From Arcobacteraceae bacterium (GTDB taxonomy: Bacteria > Campylobacterota > Campylobacteria > Campylobacterales > Arcobacteraceae), in contig JBLWVX010000008.1 of the NCBI GenBank assembly GCA_048268245.1, positions 17,127 to 81,126 on the forward strand: 64,000 nt of DNA, written 5' to 3'. Each line of letters starts with the position of its first letter. Within the stretch, counting starts at the first letter, position 1. A program made the translations under genes and the position numbers. Below are positions 56,518 through 64,000 of the stretch, one piece after another. The notes under the pieces are model-generated. The model had not been told where the DNA came from and ran no database searches. It saw only the letters and a program-made list of their open reading frames with translations.

Positions 56518-59358
56518 ATGTTAGAAGGTAAATATCAAGATTTCTATACACAAATTAGTACTCAAATTAAAAAAGAGAATATTTTCACAGATAAGTTACA
56601 TACATTAGCGTATGGAACTGACGCCTCTTTTTATAGGCTAATTCCTAAAATTGTTATCAAAACTGATAATGCAGATGAAGTTCACAAAATAGTAACTTTA
56701 GCAAACCAAATGGAATTAAGTGTAACTTTTAGAGCAGCTGGAACTTCACTTTCAGGGCAAGCTATTTCTGATTCTATTTTAATAGTTACTTCAAGAAAAT
56801 TCTCTGATTTTAGAATTTCAGATGACAAAAGTGCAATTTCTTTACAACCAGCTCTTACAGGAGCTCAAACAAATAACTTACTTGCACCATTTGGCAAAAA
56901 AATAGGTCCAGATCCAGCTTCAATAAATGCAGCTATGATTGGTGGTATTGCTGCAAATAATGCTTCTGGTATGTGTTGTGGTATTGCAGATAACTCATAT
57001 AAAACTTTAAAATCTATGAAATTAATCTTTGTTGATGGAACAAGATTAGATACAGCTGATGAAGAGAGCAAAAATGCTTTTAGAAAATCTCATTCAGAGT
57101 TTTTAGCAGGGTTAAAAAATATTGCAAATGAGACTAAAGCTGACAAAGAATTATCAGATTTAATCAAAAAGAAATTTAAAATCAAAAATACATGTGGTTA
57201 CTCAATTAACTCACTTGTTGATTTTGATGATGAGTTTGAGATTTTACAACACTTAATCATCGGTTCTGAAGGAACTTTAGCATTTATTGAAGAGATTACA
57301 TACTATACAGTTGAAGACTTAAAAGATAAAGCCTCTGCACTTATTTATTTCAAAGATGTAAAAGAAGCCTGTAATGCGGTTACAAAAATCAAACTAGCAA
57401 GAGAAGCAAAAACTATTACAGTTGATGCTGTTGAATTAATGGATAGAGCAGGTCTTAGATCAATTGAAAATGACCCAGCAATGCCTGAGTTTATTAAAGA
57501 CTTCGATGAAAATGTAACAGCTTTATTAATCGAAACAAGAGCTGTAAATGATGAGACTTTAGATGTTCAAATTAAACAACTTGAAGAGTTATTAGAAGAG
57601 TTTAAAGTAGAAAGAGATATTTACTTTACAAAAGATGTAGCAGAATATACACTTTACTGGAAAATTAGAAAAGGTTTATTCCCAGCAGTAGGAGCAGTTA
57701 GAAAAGTAGGAACTACAGTAATTATTGAAGATGTTGCTTATCCTATTGAGTCTTTAGCTGAGGCTACTTTAGAGCTTCAAGCCCTATTTAAAAAGCATAA
57801 TTATAGTGAAGCACTTATCTTTGGTCATGCATTAGAGGGTAACTTCCACTTTGTATTTACTCAAGACTTCTCAATTCAAGAAGAAGTAGATAGATATGAT
57901 GCATTTATGAATGATGTTGTTCAATCTGTTGCAGTAAAATATCAAGGAAGCTTAAAAGCTGAACATGGAACAGGTAGAAATATGGCTGCATTTATTGAAG
58001 TAGAGTGGGGTAAAACTGCTTACTCAATGATGAAAAGAATTAAAGAACTATTTGACCCTAAAGGTTTATTAAATCCTGGTGTTATTATCAATGATGACGC
58101 AGAAGCACACCTTAAAAACCTAAAAGCAATGCCTGCAACAAATGATATTGTTGATAAATGTATTGAGTGTGGTTTCTGTGAGCCTACTTGTCCTTCAAAT
58201 GATTTAACATTAACGCCAAGACAAAGAATTGTAATCAATAGAGAGATTTCTGAACTTAAAAGAAATGGAAAAGATGAAGAAGCTCAAGAATACTTAGACC
58301 TTTATCAATACGATGGTATTGAAACATGTGCTACATGTTCTTTATGTTCTACTGCTTGTCCTGTTAAAATTGACACAGGAAGCCTAACTAAACACCTAAG
58401 AGCAGAGCAAAATAGCCAAAGAGCAAATGGTGTTGCAAACTTTGTAGCAAATAATTTCTCAACTACACTTACAGGTATGAAGTTTGGTCTTCATGGGGCA
58501 AATTTAATGCACAAACTAATTGGAACTGCAAGCATGGAGAGTGTAACAGACACTATTAGAGACTGGACTAAAGGTAAAAGTGCAAAATGGTCTACATCTA
58601 TGCCAAAAGCAATTACAATAAACACTAAATTTGAACAAAAATCTAGAGATAAAAAAGTAGTTTATTTCCCATCTTGTATCAACAGAACTATGGGTAGAAG
58701 TTCAGTATCACAAGAAGAGAAAGAACTATTTGATGTGACAGTTGAATTACTTCAAAAAGCTCAATATGAAATAATCTTCCCGGAAGATTTAGGAAACCTA
58801 TGTTGTGGTATGCCATTTAGTTCAAAAGGCTTTAATGATGCTTCAAAACAAAAGTCACAAGAGCTTGAAAAAGCTTTAAATAAAGCAAGTAAAAATGGTG
58901 AATACCCAGTACTATGTGATACAAGTCCATGTACTAAAAAAATGATGGAAAGCTTTGAAAGTGATATTAATATTTATGAACCAATTGAGTTTGCATTAGA
59001 ATTTTTAGCTAAAGATTTAGAGTTTACAGCGATAAATGAACCAATTACAATCCATACAACTTGTAGTTCAAGAAAAATGGGTCTTGAAGCTAAATTTAAA
59101 GAGTTAGCAAGCTTATGTTCTACAGAAGTTATTATTCCTGCTGATGTACAATGTTGTGGTTTTGCTGGAGATAGAGGATTTAATTTCCCTGAGCTTAATA
59201 AATCTGCATTAAGAAGTTTAAAGACTCAAACAGCAGGTGCTAAAATGGCATTTTCAACTTCAAAAACTTGTGAAATTGGATTAAGTGACGAGTCAGGACT
59301 TGATTATAACTCAATCTTCTACCTAGTAAATAAAGTTACAAAATCTAAAAATTTATAA
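56518..59358 (+). CDS. dld: FAD/Fe-S quinone-dependent D-lactate dehydrogenase (Dld-II type)
   Basis: FAD_binding_4 (RAAGTSLSGQ, GPDPAS, ANNASGMCCG), GHALEGNFHF, KAEHGTGRN, two 4Fe-4S motifs, CCG domains. Confidence 0.88.
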   Translation: MLEGKYQDFYTQISTQIKKENIFTDKLHTLAYGTDASFYRLIPKIVIKTDNADEVHKIVTLANQMELSVTFRAAGTSLSGQAISDSILIVTSRKFSDFRISDDKSAISLQPALTGAQTNNLLAPFGKKIGPDPASINAAMIGGIAANNASGMCCGIADNSYKTLKSMKLIFVDGTRLDTADEESKNAFRKSHSEFLAGLKNIANETKADKELSDLIKKKFKIKNTCGYSINSLVDFDDEFEILQHLIIGSEGTLAFIEEITYYTVEDLKDKASALIYFKDVKEACNAVTKIKLAREAKTITVDAVELMDRAGLRSIENDPAMPEFIKDFDENVTALLIETRAVNDETLDVQIKQLEELLEEFKVERDIYFTKDVAEYTLYWKIRKGLFPAVGAVRKVGTTVIIEDVAYPIESLAEATLELQALFKKHNYSEALIFGHALEGNFHFVFTQDFSIQEEVDRYDAFMNDVVQSVAVKYQGSLKAEHGTGRNMAAFIEVEWGKTAYSMMKRIKELFDPKGLLNPGVIINDDAEAHLKNLKAMPATNDIVDKCIECGFCEPTCPSNDLTLTPRQRIVINREISELKRNGKDEEAQEYLDLYQYDGIETCATCSLCSTACPVKIDTGSLTKHLRAEQNSQRANGVANFVANNFSTTLTGMKFGLHGANLMHKLIGTASMESVTDTIRDWTKGKSAKWSTSMPKAITINTKFEQKSRDKKVVYFPSCINRTMGRSSVSQEEKELFDVTVELLQKAQYEIIFPEDLGNLCCGMPFSSKGFNDASKQKSQELEKALNKASKNGEYPVLCDTSPCTKKMMESFESDINIYEPIEFALEFLAKDLEFTAINEPITIHTTCSSRKMGLEAKFKELASLCSTEVIIPADVQCCGFAGDRGFNFPELNKSALRSLKTQTAGAKMAFSTSKTCEIGLSDESGLDYNSIFYLVNKVTKSKNL

Positions 59359-59371
59359 TCTTTTTTTAGTC

Positions 59372-59412
59372 AAAACAGATATTTACCATTTTTTTGGTAA
59401 AATGTCTGTTTT
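59372..59412 (+). terminator. Imperfect hairpin after dld, overlapping a TAAAAT -10 for the next gene
   Basis: AAAACAGATATTTACCA...TGGTAAAATGTCTGTTTT. Confidence 0.5.
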
Positions 59413-59426
59413 ATTAAAAAGGATTT

Positions 59427-60254
59427 TTGATGTACAAACTTTTATTATCCCTACTAGTAGGTTCTACGCTTAGTTTTGCTGGTATTATAAACGGTATTGC
59501 AATTACAGTAAATGGCGAGCCTATAACTCTTTATGATATAGATAAACAAATGGTTCAAAAAGATGTATCTAAAAATAAGGCTGTAAATGACCTTATTGAT
59601 GAAATACTTTTTGAGCAATTAGTAAAAAAACATAATGTTACAGCAGATGTTTTTGATGTAAATAACTACGTTGAAAAACTAGCGGCTGCAAATGGTATGG
59701 ATGTTTACTCTTTTAAGTCTATTGTTAGACAACAATACAGCGACTATGAAGTTTTTGAACAAGAAGCTAAAAAAACTGTAATTAGACAAAAGCTAATTGA
59801 AAAACTTGTAAAAGGTCAATTAAAAATTGCTAATGAAGAAGATTTAAAAATCTATTATGATAATAATCAAAAGCAGTTTAAAACAGCAAAAACAATAGAA
59901 GTTATTCAATACTCATCAAAAAACAAAAAAGCTTTATTAGATACTATTAAAAATCCTTTATTAGTGTCAAATGAAGTAACAAGAAATGCTATTAGTTTAG
60001 ATAGTTCAAGACTTAATCCTCAATTACAATTTATTTTAAATAAAACTAAACAAAGTAGTTTTACACCTGTTTTTACAGCAAATAGAGTTTACAATACGCT
60101 TTATGTAAAAGAGAAAAAGGGTTCAACTACATTAGCTTTTGATGTTGTAAAAGGTAAAATCTTCAATGATGTGATGAAGATTAGAGAGAAAAAGTATTTA
60201 AAAGACTATTTTGAAAAAGAAAGATTAACAGCAAATATTAAAATAGTAAGATAA
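59427..60254 (+). CDS. SurA-like periplasmic chaperone/PPIase
   Basis: Signal peptide, IAITVNGEPITLYDI SurA-N motif. Confidence 0.8.
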   Translation: MMYKLLLSLLVGSTLSFAGIINGIAITVNGEPITLYDIDKQMVQKDVSKNKAVNDLIDEILFEQLVKKHNVTADVFDVNNYVEKLAAANGMDVYSFKSIVRQQYSDYEVFEQEAKKTVIRQKLIEKLVKGQLKIANEEDLKIYYDNNQKQFKTAKTIEVIQYSSKNKKALLDTIKNPLLVSNEVTRNAISLDSSRLNPQLQFILNKTKQSSFTPVFTANRVYNTLYVKEKKGSTTLAFDVVKGKIFNDVMKIREKKYLKDYFEKERLTANIKIVR

Positions 60255-60284
60255 AACAGGAAAAAATAAAAAGGATAAAAACTT

Positions 60285-61721
60285 ATGTCAGATATGTTTG
60301 AAGTAATTATTGGTTTAGAAGTACACGCTCAGTTAAATACAAAAAGTAAACTATTTTGTTCATGTGCAACAAGTTTTGGAGAAGAGCCAAACACAAATGT
60401 ATGTCCAACTTGTTTAGGACTTCCAGGAGCACTTCCTGTATTAAATAAAGAAGCTGTACATAAAGCTATTATGTTAGGAACAGCTTTAAAATCACAAATA
60501 AATAAAAAATCTATTTTCAATAGAAAAAATTACTTCTATCCTGATTTACCAAATGGATATCAAATCTCACAATTTGAAGTGCCTGTAGTTGGACTTGGTG
60601 AATTAGTTATTGATTTTGAAGATGGAACTTCTAAAACTATTGGTGTTACAAGAGCTCACTTAGAAAATGACGCAGGTAAAAGTATTCATGCTGGAAATGC
60701 TTCTCATGTTGATTTAAATAGAGCAGGAACTCCACTACTTGAAATCGTATCTGAACCAGATATGAGAAGTGCCGAAGAAGCTATTTTATATCTTAAAAAA
60801 CTTCACTCAATTGTAAGATATTTAGGTATTAGTGATGCAAATATGCAAGAAGGTTCATTTAGAGCTGATGTTAACGTATCAATTAGACCAAAAGGTGATA
60901 ATAAGTTATATACAAGATGTGAAATTAAAAATATGAACTCATTTAAATTCATCGAAAAAGCAATCAAATATGAAGTAAATAGACATATTGAAGCTTGGGA
61001 AGATGGTATTCATGATATTGAAATCGTTCAAGAAACAAGACTATTTGACCCTGAAAAAGGTGAAACTAGATCTATGAGAGGGAAAGAAGACGCAGCTGAT
61101 TATAGATACTTCCCAGACCCAGATTTATTACCTGTAGTTATTACAGATGAAATGATGGAGAAATACACACAAATTCCAGAACTTCCAGATGAGAAAAAAG
61201 CAAGATTTGTAAATGACTTTGGTATCAAAGAGTATGATGCATCAGTTATTACAGCAAACCTAGAAACTGCAAACTTCTTTGATGAAATGATGAAAGAGGG
61301 AATTACTGGTAAAAATGCTGCTACATGGTTAACAGTTGAGTTACCTGCAAGATTTGGTGAAGGAGTTACACTTGAAAACTCACCAGTTCAAGCTAAAAAA
61401 CTAGCAGAAGTTGTAAAAGCGATTGAAGAGGGAACAATCTCTGGAAAAGCCGCAAAAGAAGTACTTGATTACTTAATAGAAAAACCTGAAACTTCTGTTG
61501 ATGCTGTTATTGATGAACTTGGATTAAAACAAGTATCTGATGATGGAGCTATTTTAGAAATCATTGATGGTATCTTAGCTGCAAATGAAGATAAAGTAGA
61601 GCAATACAAAAGTGGAAAAGACAAACTATTTGGATTCTTTGTAGGTCAAACTATGAAAGCATCAAAAGGTAGTGCAAACCCACAAAAAGTAAATGAGCTA
61701 TTAAAGCAAAGATTATCGTAA
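60285..61721 (+). CDS. gatB: Asp/Glu-tRNA amidotransferase subunit B
   Basis: [42 protein letters not shown]. Confidence 0.98.
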   Translation: MSDMFEVIIGLEVHAQLNTKSKLFCSCATSFGEEPNTNVCPTCLGLPGALPVLNKEAVHKAIMLGTALKSQINKKSIFNRKNYFYPDLPNGYQISQFEVPVVGLGELVIDFEDGTSKTIGVTRAHLENDAGKSIHAGNASHVDLNRAGTPLLEIVSEPDMRSAEEAILYLKKLHSIVRYLGISDANMQEGSFRADVNVSIRPKGDNKLYTRCEIKNMNSFKFIEKAIKYEVNRHIEAWEDGIHDIEIVQETRLFDPEKGETRSMRGKEDAADYRYFPDPDLLPVVITDEMMEKYTQIPELPDEKKARFVNDFGIKEYDASVITANLETANFFDEMMKEGITGKNAATWLTVELPARFGEGVTLENSPVQAKKLAEVVKAIEEGTISGKAAKEVLDYLIEKPETSVDAVIDELGLKQVSDDGAILEIIDGILAANEDKVEQYKSGKDKLFGFFVGQTMKASKGSANPQKVNELLKQRLS

Positions 61722-61738
61722 ATAAAAAAGGTAATAAA

Positions 61739-63004
61739 ATGAAAAAAGCAACAACAATAAAAGAAATATACTCTGTTTTTGCACATGAAAAATTTTTAAA
61801 AGAAGATGATAAAGATTTTTATGTTGATTTATATGGAACTAATTTCAAAAGATTTGTTGTTGCACTAAAAAACAATGAAGTTAGAAGTAAAGCCTTTTTC
61901 ATTGCTGGACAAAGTGGTAATGGAAAAAGTACTGTATTAAATCTTCTAACTACTAACTATCCTGATTTAAAAGAAAACTTTGAATTTAACTATATTGCAG
62001 GTAGGACTATCTTCTTATATGAAGATATTGATATTGTAGATATTCTAATTATGATTGGAAATACTTTAACTAAAAACAATCCTGAATTAAAAGCAATGTT
62101 TTTTGAAAAACTTCAAAAACTAGAAGATATAAAAGATGGCTTATTAGAAGAAAGTTCTACTTCTTCTGATAAATCAGAAGAAAATCTAGGAATTAAAGCA
62201 AATATTGGAGTAGGAGCAAAGTTTTTATCAATTTTAAAAGCTAGTGTAGATTTAGAATCTTCATATAAAATAAATGAAGAAATTAGAAATGATGCTAGAA
62301 GATTCTTTAAAATAAAAAGAAAAGAATTAATTGATTTGATTAATGAAATCATATCTGAATACAAACTAATTAAAAATGATGGAAAAGAGTTAGTTATTGT
62401 AATTGATGATTTAGAGAAAAAAGATAATATTGACAATCTATTTTTAAAAGATATTACACTACTTAATGAACTAAATATCATCAAAATTATTACTATGCCA
62501 ATTCATATACATAGAAATGAGACATTTCCTAGTTCAGATGTAAGAGAATTTGGATTAAAACTTAAAACTTATGATAATCACCCTACACAAGATATAGAAC
62601 TTCTAAAAGAAGTTATAATAAAAAGATTAGATAGTAAAGATTTAATTACAGATGAAGCTATAGAACTTGCAATAGAATATAGTGGTGCAAACTTAAGACA
62701 ACTTATTAAAATAATTCACTTAGCAGCAGAAGAAGCACTAACATTTGACATAGAAGTAATTTCAGAAAAAGAAGTTCAAGAAGCAATACATAGACTGCAA
62801 AGAGATTACTCATCTAAAGCTATGAATATGAAAACTTTTCTAAATGATATTTTAAGTGATAAATTTTATGAAGATTCTGATACAAACTTAATAAATATAG
62901 CAAGAGCTACTAAAATGGAGCTTGTTTTTGCATATTTTAATGGTATAGTGTGGTACGAAGTAAATCCAATAATTAGAAATATTCTTAGTAAATATACTAA
63001 ATAA
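61739..63004 (+). CDS. P-loop (AAA/STAND-like) ATPase
   Basis: Walker A GQSGNGKST, Walker B LVIVIDDLEK, SGANLRQLI, C-terminal NGIVWYEVNP. Confidence 0.85.
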   Translation: MKKATTIKEIYSVFAHEKFLKEDDKDFYVDLYGTNFKRFVVALKNNEVRSKAFFIAGQSGNGKSTVLNLLTTNYPDLKENFEFNYIAGRTIFLYEDIDIVDILIMIGNTLTKNNPELKAMFFEKLQKLEDIKDGLLEESSTSSDKSEENLGIKANIGVGAKFLSILKASVDLESSYKINEEIRNDARRFFKIKRKELIDLINEIISEYKLIKNDGKELVIVIDDLEKKDNIDNLFLKDITLLNELNIIKIITMPIHIHRNETFPSSDVREFGLKLKTYDNHPTQDIELLKEVIIKRLDSKDLITDEAIELAIEYSGANLRQLIKIIHLAAEEALTFDIEVISEKEVQEAIHRLQRDYSSKAMNMKTFLNDILSDKFYEDSDTNLINIARATKMELVFAYFNGIVWYEVNPIIRNILSKYTK

Positions 63005-64000
63005 TGAAATCTTACCTAACAAGTGAAGAACACTTAAACTTTAAAAGAATAAATAATATATTAGAACTTAGAAAAAACTCTTCTGCATTAATACTGCTAG
63101 GTTCAAATACATACGAACTAGCCAATGAAATAGAAAAATATTTTTTAAGCAAAGATAATACATCAAAATACATTCCTATTTCAACAAATATCCTGCACGA
63201 ATTAATTAGTTATGAAAATGAAAATTATCATGTAATTAATCTTTATAAAAATGAAGACATTAACTCCATAATAAAAAACCTTCAATTCTATAGAGACTTC
63301 ATACCTGAACACAGTTTAAAACTTATATTTATTTTTGATTATGAAGCTTTAGAAAACTTAAAAGAAGAAGCTTTTGATTTTTTCTCTACGAATAGCTTTT
63401 CTTTTCAATTTACAGATCATTCATATAAGTTTGAAAAAAGTCATATAAAAGAAAATCAAAAAATAAAAGAACTACTAATTAAATATAAAAGCTATACGAC
63501 ATTACAACAAAATCCAGAACCAAAGATACTTGTTGAGATGCTTTTTAATATAGCAAAAGAAGCTTTTAAAAACTCGAATTTTGAATTAGCACTTGAAAAC
63601 TTTAATAAAGCATTAGATATTTGTAATGAGAATAATTTAAAATTTGAATATTCAGTTACGCTAGGTAATATTGGACTTATTTATAAAAATAAAGGTGATT
63701 TAATTTCTGCCTTAAAATATCAAAAAAAAACTCTCAAGATTCATGAAGAAATAGGATATATACAAGGTGTTGGCAGTACTCTAGGAAATATCGGTAATAT
63801 TTATAAAGATAAAGGAGACTTGGACTTTGCTTTAAAATATTATGAAGATGCTCTTAAAATTCATAAAGAAATTGGGTTTATACAAGGCATCGGTAATACT
63901 TTAGGAAACATAGGAATCATTTATCAAGATAAAGGTGATTTAGACTCTGCTTTAAAACACTATAAAGAAGCACTTGAAATTAGTAAAGATATTGGCTATA
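63004..64000 (+). CDS. TPR-repeat protein with non-TPR N-terminal domain (runs off window end)
   Basis: TAATG-coupled to the ATPase; own translation MKSYLTSEEHLNFKRINNIL...LQFYRDFIPEHSLKLIFIF...AFDFFS...LGNIGLIYKNKGDLISALKY; open to the edge. Confidence 0.88.
   Translation, partial: MKSYLTSEEHLNFKRINNILELRKNSSALILLGSNTYELANEIEKYFLSKDNTSKYIPISTNILHELISYENENYHVINLYKNEDINSIIKNLQFYRDFIPEHSLKLIFIFDYEALENLKEEAFDFFSTNSFSFQFTDHSYKFEKSHIKENQKIKELLIKYKSYTTLQQNPEPKILVEMLFNIAKEAFKNSNFELALENFNKALDICNENNLKFEYSVTLGNIGLIYKNKGDLISALKYQKKTLKIHEEIGYIQGVGSTLGNIGNIYKDKGDLDFALKYYEDALKIHKEIGFIQGIGNTLGNIGIIYQDKGDLDSALKHYKEALEISKDIGY
63661..64000 (+). repeat. 120-bp (40-aa) TPR-coding tandem repeats
   Basis: Units start at 63661, 63781 and 63901 (LGNIG.IY..KGDL..ALK). 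Confidence 0.9.

Noticed and set aside
821..62484. Many short antisense or alternate-frame ORFs in the track (e.g. 821..1063, 6941..7546, 11763..12266, 16522..16977, 39710..40192, 62113..62484)
   Set aside because: They lie over well-supported genes, lack RBSs and have shadow-ORF composition

Overview
AT-rich bacterial chromosomal window with Campylobacterota/Arcobacteraceae-like gene content and style (my impression, no database search run). 1-31.5 kb is mostly core genes: a copper-export locus (partial copA, copZ, small secreted protein), an MCP, gltX, rlmN, hisF, rsmA-rnj-kpsF-rluB-rarA-hemJ-PIN/PhoH, a Phd-like gene leading an anchorless SdhAB/FrdAB-like pair, an orphan TRAP binding protein, bluB, asnB, a PiT transporter, a DEAD-box helicase and accBC. 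31.5-59.4 kb is an organic-acid catabolism region. L-lactate genes lutABC and a two-component system (TCS) lie on the left, and a TRAP transporter and an Fe-S D-lactate dehydrogenase on the right. Between them is a ~15 kb minus-strand block encoding a near-complete butyrate/short-chain acyl-CoA beta-oxidation route (CoA transferase, acyl-CoA dehydrogenase, ETF, membrane Fe-S ETF:quinone oxidoreductase, MaoC hydratase, Hbd, thiolase, NDH-2, uncharacterised permease) plus a second copy of the TCS. Seven promoters in this region share an exact TnnCAT-N5-TnTCAT-N10-(-10) architecture, suggesting a shared OmpR/PhoB-type regulon. The window ends with surA-like, gatB and an accessory P-loop ATPase plus TPR-repeat protein pair, truncated at the edge. 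Three unannotated small ORFs with good RBSs were found. No rRNA, tRNA, CRISPR array or transposase was recognised.
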